DNA of 64,000 nucleotides, taken from positions 471,975 to 535,974 of the forward strand of contig CAVOFR010000008.1 of the NCBI GenBank assembly GCA_963695075.1, given 5' to 3'. The notes beneath the pieces are model-generated. The model saw only the letters and a program-made list of their open reading frames with translations. It had not been told where the DNA came from and searched no databases. How positions within the stretch are numbered: position 1 is the first letter of the stretch; the number at the start of each line of letters is the position of its first letter. The translations under genes were made by a program, and so were the position numbers. The stretch comes from an uncultured Acidimicrobiales bacterium. Lineage in GTDB: Bacteria; Actinomycetota; Acidimicrobiia; Acidimicrobiales; CAWCAL01. Shown piece by piece: positions 55,178-64,000 of this stretch.

Positions 55178-56665
55178 TCACCGGGCCCGACCGGGCTCCT
55201 CCTCCTGGCCGGACCCGTCGCCCAGGAGGTCGGACATGATCCCCAGGAACCAGTCGGCCTGGACCTGGAAGGAGTGCGAGTCGAGGAACCGCTCCCGGGC
55301 CCGCTCGGCTCCGGCCGCGCCCAGACGCTCGGCCCCCTCGGGATCCCCGAGGAGCGCACCCAACGCCCGAGCGAAGGCAACGACGTCTGCCGGATCATCC
55401 AGCAGGACCCCGCTCTCGCCGTCGACGATCTGGTCGCAGATCCCGCCGACCCCGCTGGCCAGAACCGGCCGACTCTTCCACATGGCCTCGGTGACGGTGA
55501 GGCCGAAGCCCTCCCGCAGGCTCTTCTGCACGACGACGGTCGCATAGCGCTGGATCGCATTGACCATCACCGCGTTCTCCTCGACGTCCTCGGTGGGCAA
55601 CGACACGAGGTGGACCCGTTCGCGGATGTGTACCGGAAGGTTCCGCCATGCCTCCTCGATCTCGGCAAGGACTTCGGCGCCCTCGGGATCGTCGGTGACG
55701 CCCGAGACGTCGGGTCCGACCAGGGCGAGGTGGGTCCCGCCGTCATCACCGGGTCCGACCAGCCGTGCGAATCCCTCCATGACGCCGAGGTGGTCCTTGA
55801 GGGGGTCCCATCGCGACACCTGGACGACGAACGGTGTGCCCCAATCGGGCGGTCCACCGAGCCGTGTCACTTCCGCCCGTCGCTCGACCCGCCCCGGAGT
55901 CAGATCGACTCGTCGAAAGGTGTACTGGGGGTGGGCGGGCGCTGGGCCGCCCAGGAGGCCGATGTGGTCGAGGATCGTGTGCACCGCGTGGTCGGTGAGC
56001 TCCCAGTTCTTGGGTGAGAAGGCATCGATCGTCGGCGTGAAGATCCGGATCCGCTCCGGTTGGAGCACGTCGGGAACGTACTGCTCCCGCGAGAAGACGC
56101 AGTACTCGACGTCGCGCAGGTAGGGGGCGAGGAACTCCCAGCCCAGGGCGGTCTGTGCGTTCGGCTCGTCGGTCCCGATGTGGCAACGCCAGCTCAGGGC
56201 GGTGCACCTGTCGAGCAGAAACGGTGCAAGTCCCGCCGTCTGGGGGTCGTGGAGCTGGACGAGGTCGGCGGGCTGGACGCGGTCGAGCAGCTCGGCCGCA
56301 TTGGCCCGCATTGCCTCCTCGTAGACGGCTCGCTGGGCGTCGCCCAGCGGAGAGCCGTCGCCCGGCATGCCGTGCAGCGCGTGATGGAGACGTTTGGTGA
56401 GCCGGAAGAACTCCGGGTCACCCGAGATCACCGCCCAACGTCCGTCGACGCCGCTCCCCCGGGTGTAGCCGATCTGTTGCCGCAACATCTCCGCCACCCC
56501 GCCGCCGACCGACGTGGTGTTCACGTGCCACATGGCGCGGCCCTCGAAGATGCCGGCGAACTTCGGACCCAGTGCCAGGAACGACCGCGCCTCACCTTCG
56601 TCGAGCACGTCGGCGAAGCGAGCCGGTGACCTCGTCCGGACATCGACTTCTTCTATGAGCGCCAT
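55178..56665 (-). CDS. GT4 glycosyltransferase, trehalose synthase (TreT)-like
   Basis: ATG 56665 (MALIEEVDV...). WHVNTTSVGGGVAEML and RLHHALHG resemble TreT-type N-termini. GT-B C-terminal EGFGLTVTEAMW (E-x7-E region). Confidence 0.65.
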   Translation of the reverse strand: MALIEEVDVRTRSPARFADVLDEGEARSFLALGPKFAGIFEGRAMWHVNTTSVGGGVAEMLRQQIGYTRGSGVDGRWAVISGDPEFFRLTKRLHHALHGMPGDGSPLGDAQRAVYEEAMRANAAELLDRVQPADLVQLHDPQTAGLAPFLLDRCTALSWRCHIGTDEPNAQTALGWEFLAPYLRDVEYCVFSREQYVPDVLQPERIRIFTPTIDAFSPKNWELTDHAVHTILDHIGLLGGPAPAHPQYTFRRVDLTPGRVERRAEVTRLGGPPDWGTPFVVQVSRWDPLKDHLGVMEGFARLVGPGDDGGTHLALVGPDVSGVTDDPEGAEVLAEIEEAWRNLPVHIRERVHLVSLPTEDVEENAVMVNAIQRYATVVVQKSLREGFGLTVTEAMWKSRPVLASGVGGICDQIVDGESGVLLDDPADVVAFARALGALLGDPEGAERLGAAGAERARERFLDSHSFQVQADWFLGIMSDLLGDGSGQEEEPGRAR

Positions 56666-56679
56666 GGCGGTCTCCCTCG

Positions 56680-57396
56680 TCAGGCGGCGGCCAGCCACCA
56701 CACGCCGAGACCGACCGAGAGCGTTCCCAGAAGAGTCTGCATGGCGGAGACGAGGCGATGGCTCACCGCTGAGCCCATGGCGAAAAGTCCCCCCAGGGCG
56801 CCGCCGAAGGCGACCATGGCCACCAGCACACCGATCCCGAAGACGCTGAGGTAGGCCAGCGCGATCCACGCCGAGCCGAGTTGACTCAGCGGGATGAGAG
56901 CCAGAATCGGGGCGGAGCCGGCCGCACCATGGACCACGCCTACGAGCACGGCCCGGTGGTCGTGGCGGTGGAGGTCCTGCGAGTGGTCGGCCGGCGCGTC
57001 GTGATCATGGGCGTGCAGATGCGCGTGTGTGGGCAACCCGCGGTGTGCATGGGTGTGCAGATGTGCCCTCCTCTTCACGACCTGGTGAAGTGCTGACAGG
57101 CCGATGGCGATCAGGGCTCCTCCGACCATCCACTCGGCGAGCGTGCTCAGGCGGTCCGGAATCGCGATACCCAGCAGATAGACGAAGGCACCGACGGCGA
57201 GGAGCGTGAGGCCGTGCCCGGTTGCCCAGGCTGCAGCCACTCGAATGCTCGCGGACCAACCGGCCCGTCCGGCGGTCAGGCCGCCGACCGCGGCGATGTG
57301 GTCGCCGTCGAGAGCGTGGAGCAGACCCGCGGCGAACGCCGCTGTGAGGATCCCGGCCAGCCCCGCGTCCTGCGGGACGGTCAGCGCGAACAACAT
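56680..57396 (-). CDS. NicO/RcnA-type nickel/cobalt transporter with His-rich loop
   Basis: ATG 57396 (MLFALTVPQ...). LHALDGDHIAAV signature, six TM helices, and central loop HLHTHAHRGLPTHAHLHAHDHDAPADHSQDLHRHDH. Confidence 0.65.
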   Translation of the reverse strand: MLFALTVPQDAGLAGILTAAFAAGLLHALDGDHIAAVGGLTAGRAGWSASIRVAAAWATGHGLTLLAVGAFVYLLGIAIPDRLSTLAEWMVGGALIAIGLSALHQVVKRRAHLHTHAHRGLPTHAHLHAHDHDAPADHSQDLHRHDHRAVLVGVVHGAAGSAPILALIPLSQLGSAWIALAYLSVFGIGVLVAMVAFGGALGGLFAMGSAVSHRLVSAMQTLLGTLSVGLGVWWLAAA

Positions 57397-57446
57397 CGAC
57401 AAAGTGCTATCACCCCGGTCGGCAGAGAACGAACGCTTGCCCCGAC

Positions 57447-57602
57447 CTGCACTTCGTTGGCCCCCTCGCCGTAATCGAGGATCTTGCAGTCGCGATAGTA
57501 ACGCTGCACCGGACTGTCGACCGTGAATCCCTTGGCGCCGTGGAGATGCATGGCCGGGACGGATTGTCCTCGAGGTACTTGCGGAAGCTGCCCCTCGTCC
57601 AG
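57447..57602 (-). pseudogene. C-terminal relic of an acyl-CoA dehydrogenase gene
   Basis: Reverse-strand translation ...MHLHGAKGFTVDSPVQRYYRDCKILDYGEGANEVQ matches the ACAD C-terminal consensus (GG.GY..e.PveRyyRDaki..i.EGT.eiq). The ~330 aa that should precede it are absent, and hemN occupies that space on the other strand. Confidence 0.55.
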
Positions 57603-57690
57603 CTCCTCTGCGGAACGGGTGGGCAACGAACCGAGTCCGCCGTATTCGCAACGGTCGTCCGCCGTGCAGAAGTCGGCATAGGGTTGCCTG

Positions 57691-59085
57691 ATGAACGACA
57701 CCGGCGGAGCGACGGCCGAGTTGCTCGCCAAGTACGACCGGCAGGGACCCCGCTACACCTCCTATCCCACGGCCGTGGAGTTCCACGAGGGGTTCGGCCC
57801 CGACGACTATGCCGCCCGGCTGGCCGACGCTGCCGGCCGACCGCACGACCCCCTATCGCTGTACGTCCACCTGCCCTTCTGCGAGCACCGGTGCTCGTTC
57901 TGTGCCTGCCACGTCGTCGTGACCCAGAACGAGAGCCTGGCCGACGCCTACCTCGTCCACCTCGTGGCCGAAGCGCGCGCCACGGCCGAGCGGCTGGGTG
58001 ATCGACGGGTGCTCCAGCAGTACCACTGGGGGGGTGGCACGCCGACCTTCTATCCGCCGGCGGTGCTCGCCGATCTGCATCGCCAGCTCCTGTCCGAGTT
58101 CGTACTGGCCCCCGGGGCCGAGGTCGCGCTCGAGGTCGATCCTCGGAACACGACCGAGGAGCATCTCTCGACGCTGCGGGAACTCGGCTTCAACCGCGTG
58201 TCGATGGGTGTCCAGGATGCCGACGACGAGGTGCAGCACCTCATCGGCCGACACCAGACCTGGGAACAGACGGCGAGCCTCCATGAGGCGGCCCGCCGGC
58301 TCGGCTACGGGTCGACGAACGTCGATCTCATATACGGCCTGCCCGGCCAGACCGAACGGTCCTTCGCCCGTTCCCTGGAGCTCGTGATCGGCCTCCGCCC
58401 CGACCGCCTCGCCGTCTACTCGTTCGCGCTCGTACCCCACATGCGTCCGCACCAGAAGCGGATCGATGCGGGGCTGCTTCCGGATCGCGACCTGAAGTTC
58501 GGCCTGCTCTCGCTCGCCATCGCGCGGCTCACCGGTGCCGGCTACGAGCAGATAGGCATGGACCACTTCGCCCTGCCCGGCGACGAGCTCGCCGTAGCCC
58601 ACCGCGAGCGCACCTTGTCCCGGAACTTCATGGGATACACCACGAAACGGGGTACCGAGATCGTCGGCCTGGGCACGTCGGCGATCAGCGAGGTGGCCGC
58701 GAGCTACGCCCAGAACCATCGTCGGCTGGCCTCGTACTACCAGGCTGTCGACGCGGACGAGCTCCCGGTCGAGCGGGGCATCGCGCTCGACCGGGAGGAT
58801 CTACTCCGTCGCTACGTGATCACCGAGCTCATGTGCAACGGCCGCCTTCGGGCGAGCGAGGTGGACGACAGGTTCGGGGTCGCCGTGGACGAACACTTCG
58901 CCGCCGAGCTCGCCGAACTGCGTGCGCCCGATGGCCTGGTCGAGGCAGGCTTCGTGCGGGTCGAGGGTCGCGACATCGAGGCCACGCCGATCGGGCGACA
59001 GTTCATCCGCAACGTGGCCATGGTCTTCGACGCCCGACTCGGGGCCGGGAGCGGCAGCGACCAGCCGTTCTCCCGGACGGTCTGA
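57691..59085 (+). CDS. hemN: oxygen-independent coproporphyrinogen III oxidase (radical SAM, true HemN type)
   Basis: KYDRQGPRYTSYPTAVEF N-terminus, radical-SAM cluster motif CEHRCSFCAC, and 464 aa, like E. coli HemN rather than the short HemW. Confidence 0.9.
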   Translation: MNDTGGATAELLAKYDRQGPRYTSYPTAVEFHEGFGPDDYAARLADAAGRPHDPLSLYVHLPFCEHRCSFCACHVVVTQNESLADAYLVHLVAEARATAERLGDRRVLQQYHWGGGTPTFYPPAVLADLHRQLLSEFVLAPGAEVALEVDPRNTTEEHLSTLRELGFNRVSMGVQDADDEVQHLIGRHQTWEQTASLHEAARRLGYGSTNVDLIYGLPGQTERSFARSLELVIGLRPDRLAVYSFALVPHMRPHQKRIDAGLLPDRDLKFGLLSLAIARLTGAGYEQIGMDHFALPGDELAVAHRERTLSRNFMGYTTKRGTEIVGLGTSAISEVAASYAQNHRRLASYYQAVDADELPVERGIALDREDLLRRYVITELMCNGRLRASEVDDRFGVAVDEHFAAELAELRAPDGLVEAGFVRVEGRDIEATPIGRQFIRNVAMVFDARLGAGSGSDQPFSRTV

Positions 59086-59089
59086 CGCG

Positions 59090-60058
59090 GTGGCACCGAC
59101 CGGTGTGGTCGTCGCTCAGCTCGGAGGCCCGGAACGCCTCACCGACGTCGAGCCGTTCATCCGCTCGATCTTCGACGACCCCCGCCTCGTCCCCCTCCCC
59201 GGAGGGTCGAGGACCAGGTCGACCGTGAGCACACTCGTCGCGCGCGTCCGAGCGCCGCGGGTCCGCTCCCACTACGAGGCCATCGGTGGGGGCTCACCGA
59301 TCGCGTCGACCACCCGGGATCAGGCCGCCGCTCTCGAGGGAGAGCTCACCACTCGCGGACACGACGTCGTCGTGGCCGTCGCCCACCGCCACGGTCACCC
59401 CGATTCGGGCGCCGCGGTGGAGACGCTGCTGGCGGCGGGTGTCGACCGGGTCGTCATGCTCCCTCTGTTCCCGCAGTACTCCGGAGCCACGACGGGCTCG
59501 TCGGAAGCCGAGCTGCGACGCGTTCTCGCAGATCGCGGAGCCGACCTCCCCTTGAGGGTGATCCGATCGTGGTGCGAGCATCCCGGTTACCTGGCCGCGC
59601 AGGCTCAGCTGGTCGAGGAGATGCTCTCCGAGAGATCCGACCGTGAGTCCGACCGAACCCTCGTCGTGTTCTCGGCCCACGGTCTGCCCCAGCGGATCGT
59701 CGATCGCGGTGATCCGTACCCCGAGGAGGTCGAGGCCACCGTGGACGGGGTGACCCGGCGACTCCGGCGACCGGTCGACCACCTCATCGCCTACCAGTCG
59801 AGGGCGGGCCCGATCCGGTGGATGGGTCCTGACGTCCGTGAGGTGGTCGCGACCGCGGCTGCCGGGGGACCGACGTGGCTCGGTGTCGTACCGATCTCAT
59901 TCGTCTCGGAGCATGTGGAGACCAGCTACGAGCTCGACATCGAGTTGAAGGCCCACGCCGAGGTCGCCGGCATCCGTGAGTTCCATCGGAGCAGGTGCCT
60001 CGACTCGGACCCGATCGTCGGCCCGATGCTCGCCGACATCGTCGAGGAGCAGCTGTGA
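59090..60058 (+). CDS. hemH: ferrochelatase (HemH/CpfC)
   Basis: GTG 59090, 5 nt after the hemN stop. VVVAQLGGPE, the His ligand in VVFSAHGLPQR, and SFVSEHVETSYELD. Confidence 0.9.
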   Translation: MAPTGVVVAQLGGPERLTDVEPFIRSIFDDPRLVPLPGGSRTRSTVSTLVARVRAPRVRSHYEAIGGGSPIASTTRDQAAALEGELTTRGHDVVVAVAHRHGHPDSGAAVETLLAAGVDRVVMLPLFPQYSGATTGSSEAELRRVLADRGADLPLRVIRSWCEHPGYLAAQAQLVEEMLSERSDRESDRTLVVFSAHGLPQRIVDRGDPYPEEVEATVDGVTRRLRRPVDHLIAYQSRAGPIRWMGPDVREVVATAAAGGPTWLGVVPISFVSEHVETSYELDIELKAHAEVAGIREFHRSRCLDSDPIVGPMLADIVEEQL

Positions 60059-61374
60059 GCGAGCGCCCGGACGTGATCGTCGTCGGGGGCGGCCTCGGCG
60101 GGCTGCTCGTGGCGTGCGAGGTCGCCCGGCGCGGCGGCCGGCCACTCGTCCTCGAGGCCGGCCCGAGAGGGGGCGGCGTGGCCGCCACCATCCGCGAGGA
60201 CGGCTTCCTGCTGGAGCCCGCGGCCGGATCGCTCCTGCTCCCCCACCCCCACCTGACACCCATCCTGGAGTCGGCCGGGGCCACCGTCGTCCCCGCGGAG
60301 CCAGCCGCTCGTCGCCGCTACGTGTACGACCGGGGCACGCTGTTCGAGCTCGCCGGCCCGGGAGCGGTAGCGACCCGCCTCGTGTCAGCACGGAGCAAAC
60401 TCCGACTCCTCCGTGAGCCTTGGGTGCGAGCTCGAACGGTTTGCGCCGACGAGTCCCTTCACAGCTTCCTGGCACGCCGGCTCGGTCCCGAGGTGGGTCG
60501 CCTCGGCGCGACCCTCATGGCGCACGGCGTGTTCGCGGCCGATCCCGACCTGTTGTCGGCGCGGGCGGCGTTTCCCGCGCTCGTCGCCCTCGAGGACCGG
60601 GCCGGGAGCATGGTACGCGGCGGCCTGGCCCGCCGCCGTGACCGTCCGAAGGGAGCGCCCAGGGCCAGCGTGCACGTCGCACCACATGGCATGGCCGGGC
60701 TCGCCTCCGAGCTCGCCACCCACCTCGGTGACGGATTCAGACCGGACTGGACCGTCGATGCCGTCCAGCGCGACGGGGACGAATGGCTCGTGACCGGTCC
60801 CGGCGAGGAACGGGCCCCTTCGGTCGTGGTCGCCCTCGAACCCACCGCCGCCGCTCGTCTCGTTCCGGAACCCATTCCTGCATTGTTGGCCGAGGCTCGC
60901 TCCGCGCCGGTCGCGGTCGTCGGGCTCGGTGGGCGATCAGCGGACCTGCCGGTGCCCACGGGATTCGGGGCGCTCGCGGGTCCCGACGCCGACGTCCGCG
61001 CCCTCGGGCTGCTGTTCGAATCGTCTTACGCGCCGGGCCGGGCGCCGGCCCGCCACCGACTGCTCAAGGGGATCTACGCCGGCAGCGCCGATCCCTCGGC
61101 GTTCGCCCTCAGCGATGAGCAACTGGTCGCGCTGGCGGTCGAGGAGGCGGGCACGATCCTCGGCGTGCCACTCCAGCCGTCCTGGACCCGAGTCGTCAGG
61201 CACACGCCCGGAATCCCTCAGTACCAGGTGGGCCATCCGACTTGGCTCGACCGGCTCGACGAGGCCACCGCCGGCTTCCCGGGGCTCCACCTGGCCGGCT
61301 GGGCGTACCGGGGTGTGGGCGTGTCGTCGCTCGCCCAGCACGCGACAGCACTGGCCGAGACGGTGCTGGGGTGA
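60055..61374 (+). CDS. hemY: FAD-dependent protoporphyrinogen/coproporphyrinogen oxidase (HemY/CgoX)
   Basis: GTGA overlap with the hemH stop. VIVVGGGLGGLLVACEVARRG dinucleotide-binding motif, and C-terminal GLHLAGWAYRGVGV. Confidence 0.8.
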   Translation: MSERPDVIVVGGGLGGLLVACEVARRGGRPLVLEAGPRGGGVAATIREDGFLLEPAAGSLLLPHPHLTPILESAGATVVPAEPAARRRYVYDRGTLFELAGPGAVATRLVSARSKLRLLREPWVRARTVCADESLHSFLARRLGPEVGRLGATLMAHGVFAADPDLLSARAAFPALVALEDRAGSMVRGGLARRRDRPKGAPRASVHVAPHGMAGLASELATHLGDGFRPDWTVDAVQRDGDEWLVTGPGEERAPSVVVALEPTAAARLVPEPIPALLAEARSAPVAVVGLGGRSADLPVPTGFGALAGPDADVRALGLLFESSYAPGRAPARHRLLKGIYAGSADPSAFALSDEQLVALAVEEAGTILGVPLQPSWTRVVRHTPGIPQYQVGHPTWLDRLDEATAGFPGLHLAGWAYRGVGVSSLAQHATALAETVLG

Positions 61375-61402
61375 AGGGGCGAAGCGCCGCCGGCGGGGTC
61401 TC

Positions 61403-62170
61403 TCATGCTCCCATGGCGTGGAATCCCCCATCGACGTGGAGGATCTCACCCGTGGTAGCGGGGAGCCAGTCCGAGAGCAGAGCTACAGCGGACCGGGCCA
61501 CGGGCTCGGTATCGTGCACGTCCCAGCCGAGCGGTGCCCGTGGGTTCCATCCGTCCTCGAACAGCTGGAACTCGGGGATGGACTTGGCCGCGGTCGTCTT
61601 GATCGGCCCGGCCGCGATGAGATTCACGCGAATGCCCTGGGGTCCGAGCTGGCGGGCCAGGTAGCGACAGGTGGATTCGAACGCGGCCTTGGCGACCCCC
61701 ATCCAGCCGTAGGCCGGCCAGGCCACCGAGGCGTCGAAGTCGAGCCCTACGATGGATCCGCCCGGGCCCATGAGAGGGACGACGATCTCGGCCAGTGACT
61801 TGAGCGAGTAGGCCGACACGTGCAGCGCCGTACCGACGTCGTCCCAGTCGGCGGCCATGAAGTCCTCACCGAGACAGGCCGGCGGAGCAAAGCCGATGGC
61901 GTGCAATGCTCCGTCGATCGAGCCCCATCGCTCGCCGAGGGCCTCTCGCACCGCCTGGATGTGGGAGGTGTCGGTGATGTCGAGCTCCATGACGTCCGGC
62001 TCGACCGGCAACCTGCGCGCGGTGCGCTCCGTGAGTCGCAATCCTCGACCCGCACCGGTGAGGACGATCTCGGCACCCTGCTCCTGCGCCAAGCGGGTCA
62101 CGCCGAATGCCAGCGAGCTATCGGTGAGCACACCGGTGATGAGGACACGTTTTCCATCCAGGATTCCCAT
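61403..62170 (-). CDS. fabI: NADH-dependent enoyl-ACP reductase (FabI, InhA-type)
   Basis: MGILDGKRVLITGVLTDSSLAFG, WMGVAKAAFEST (catalytic Y..K region), AAGPIKT, and LHVDGGFHAMG at the C-terminus. Close to my memory of mycobacterial InhA. Confidence 0.9.
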   Translation of the reverse strand: MGILDGKRVLITGVLTDSSLAFGVTRLAQEQGAEIVLTGAGRGLRLTERTARRLPVEPDVMELDITDTSHIQAVREALGERWGSIDGALHAIGFAPPACLGEDFMAADWDDVGTALHVSAYSLKSLAEIVVPLMGPGGSIVGLDFDASVAWPAYGWMGVAKAAFESTCRYLARQLGPQGIRVNLIAAGPIKTTAAKSIPEFQLFEDGWNPRAPLGWDVHDTEPVARSAVALLSDWLPATTGEILHVDGGFHAMGA

Positions 62171-62224
62171 GGGGCGACACAGTACAGGCGCTCGATGGGA
62201 GCCCCTTCCTTCGAGACCTGCGTG

Positions 62225-63655
62225 TCAGCCGTCCGGCAGCAGGTAGCGAATGACGTCGACGGCCCCGTAGGAGTCGGCATCCGGTGGGAGGAATCGCGCC
62301 ACGTCCGCGACGTCGTCGCCAGAGGTGACCAGAGTCGGCTCTCGCGCACCCTGGCGCTGAATCTGACCGAGACCCACGTTGGCCAGCAGCGCATTGCACA
62401 GACACTTCCTGCCGATCGTGTCTTCTGCGGCACCACCCTTGCGCACGTATTCGTCCACCGGCTCGGCCGAGCACCGCCAACCGATTCCCCCTTCATCCTT
62501 TCGATACGCCCTCCGGAGATACCCCAGCTCGCACGGGATTCTCGTCCTGTCTTCGTACACGTCCGCGTCCGAGAGCGTTCCCGGCAGCTGCACGACCTTG
62601 AACGGAAAGCCGGAAGGTGAGGCCAGTGGATCGGTGAAGACCCGCGCCTGGGCCTGACGGCTCAGATCGATGACCCGGCGCTTGATGTCGGAGTCGAACG
62701 CGGACTCCTCGCAGTAGGCGAAGGCGGTGCCGACTTGAACCCCGACGGCACCCAGCTCGATCGCCTCACGCACCCGATGCGGGTCCGCATGACCTCCGGC
62801 CAGCCAGAACGGAAGGCCGAGATCTCGGATGGCGGCGAGGTCAGGGGCATCCCTGTCGCCGTAGATCGGCTCACCGGTCTCACTCGTTTGCGGCTTGCCG
62901 CGGGGCGGTGCGTTGTGGCCGCCGGCGGTCGGAGCTTCGACGACGAAGCCGTCGACGGGAACCTCGAGCTTGGTCGCGAGCATGATGGCCAGTACGTGCG
63001 ATGACACGATGGCGATGAAGTCAGGTCGCTTCACCACGGAGACGTGATCACCGATCGCAGAGACAGGATCGAACCTCGCACGAAAATCGTCGTCCTGTGT
63101 CGCATCCTTCACGTCGAGCCGCAGCTCGACCGGAAGCCCTTCGGCCAGCTTGTCGAGCACCGCGGGGATCGCCTTGGGGATCCCCGCCCCCATCAGCACA
63201 TAATCGACGCCGGCGAGCATCGCTCCGTACAGGGACGGCAGCGTGGGCGCCTGCACCTTCTCGAGGTAGTTGATCCCGACGGGCCCGGCATGGCCCTCCT
63301 TGGCCAGAGCGACCTCGACGAAATTGGCGGCCATGAGAAGACCCTCGACATCTCGCGACGGCCGGTCCCATTTCATCGATGTCTGTTTGAACCTCTCATC
63401 GGCCTGCTTGCCACCGGGCACGAAGTATCGATCCAGTATCCGCTCGGCCACCTCGGGAACAGGGAAGTCGGCGAGCGCCCTTCTGACGTGCCCGTCCGGG
63501 TCCCCGAGCTGCAAGCGGCGGACCATGACGACGTCCACCGCGGTGCCGGACACGACTCCGAGATGTCCCGACCGGGAAACGGCCCGGGCCAGCCGCCAGT
63601 CCGAGACTCCCACTCCCATGCCACCTTGGATGAGCACGGGCAGTTCTCGCTTCAC
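62225..63655 (-). CDS. nitronate monooxygenase / NAD(P)H-dependent flavin oxidoreductase (long NMO, PfaD/FabK-like)
   Basis: LPVLIQGGMGVGVSDWRLARAVSRSGHLGVVSGTA; TIM-barrel FMN motifs (VEAPTAGGH, FWLAGG). Confidence 0.8.
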   Translation of the reverse strand: MKRELPVLIQGGMGVGVSDWRLARAVSRSGHLGVVSGTAVDVVMVRRLQLGDPDGHVRRALADFPVPEVAERILDRYFVPGGKQADERFKQTSMKWDRPSRDVEGLLMAANFVEVALAKEGHAGPVGINYLEKVQAPTLPSLYGAMLAGVDYVLMGAGIPKAIPAVLDKLAEGLPVELRLDVKDATQDDDFRARFDPVSAIGDHVSVVKRPDFIAIVSSHVLAIMLATKLEVPVDGFVVEAPTAGGHNAPPRGKPQTSETGEPIYGDRDAPDLAAIRDLGLPFWLAGGHADPHRVREAIELGAVGVQVGTAFAYCEESAFDSDIKRRVIDLSRQAQARVFTDPLASPSGFPFKVVQLPGTLSDADVYEDRTRIPCELGYLRRAYRKDEGGIGWRCSAEPVDEYVRKGGAAEDTIGRKCLCNALLANVGLGQIQRQGAREPTLVTSGDDVADVARFLPPDADSYGAVDVIRYLLPDG

Positions 63656-63746
63656 CTCACAACCCTACAAGGGCCGTCCCTCGCTCTGCGCCGGGCACGG
63701 GACAGTTCACTTGCGGTCTCCCGCCGACAGCGACGACGATCGACCA

Positions 63747-64000
63747 CATGGACATGGGCATCTTCAGATACATACCGACCGTCGAGGGCCTGGTGGCGGA
63801 GGCCCGCACCGCCGCGGAGCAGGGCTTCAGTTCGTTCTGGATGCCCCAGATCTTCGGTCTGGACGCGCTCACCGCGTTCGCGGTGGTCGCCCACGAGATT
63901 CCGGACATCACGGTAGGCACGGGGGTGGTGCCCGTCTACCGCCAGCACCCCATGGCGCTCGCTCAGCAGGCGCTGACCGTCAGCCAGATCAGCGGCGGCC
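63747..64000 (+). CDS. LLM-class (luciferase-like) flavin/F420-dependent oxidoreductase, 5' part only
   Basis: Hand translation from ATG 63747: MDMGIFRYIPTVEGLVAEARTAAEQGFSSFWMPQIFGLDALTAFAVVAHEIPDITVGTGVVPVYRQHPMALAQQALTVSQISGG. This is the typical N-terminus of LLM oxidoreductases; the gene runs off the right edge. Confidence 0.7.

Overview
The window is very GC-rich and densely coding, about 60 genes with almost no non-coding DNA. It looks like actinobacterial chromosome. That inference rests on an InhA-type enoyl reductase, a luciferase-like (LLM) oxidoreductase, a MobA-MobB fusion, frequent GTG starts and 4-nt ATGA/GTGA gene overlaps. I found no rRNA, tRNA, CRISPR array, transposase, integrase or phage block.

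Gene content, left to right:
- a small membrane/stress module: carbonic anhydrase, PLDc_N, SHOCT, DUF6325-like, holin-IV-like and TrkA-C proteins
- housekeeping redox enzymes, a MobAB fusion, three alpha/beta hydrolases and a universal stress protein
- a complete secretin-less type IV pilus locus (13.4-23.3 kb)
- an acyltransferase-3/SGNH protein, an epimerase and a class III cyclase
- a GH1 plus ABC sugar-uptake operon with a tandemly duplicated binding-protein gene
- dehydrogenases, then a P1B ATPase/ArsR metal pair, a protease and lipoproteins
- a TPP enzyme plus a two-subunit GMC dehydrogenase
- a tocopherol-cyclase-like / hydroxylase / alpha-alpha-toroid trio
- GH2 and GH27 glycosidases, cspA, a TreT-like glycosyltransferase and a NicO-type transporter
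- hemN-hemH-hemY, fabI/inhA, a nitronate monooxygenase and a partial LLM oxidoreductase

Most interesting observations:
- the retractile (PilT-containing) type IV pilus locus, with a PilM-PilN fusion, a mini PilP-like protein and MshEN-type c-di-GMP motifs in PilB
- the tocopherol-cyclase-like trio
- a 36-nt intergenic hairpin present twice, with a compensatory base-pair swap between copies
- a 38-bp tandem repeat in the divergent pilus promoter region

Limits: all calls come from reading the translations and recognising motifs, with no database search. Start codons are the least certain part. Many long ORFs in the track are antisense or out-of-frame artefacts of the high GC content.
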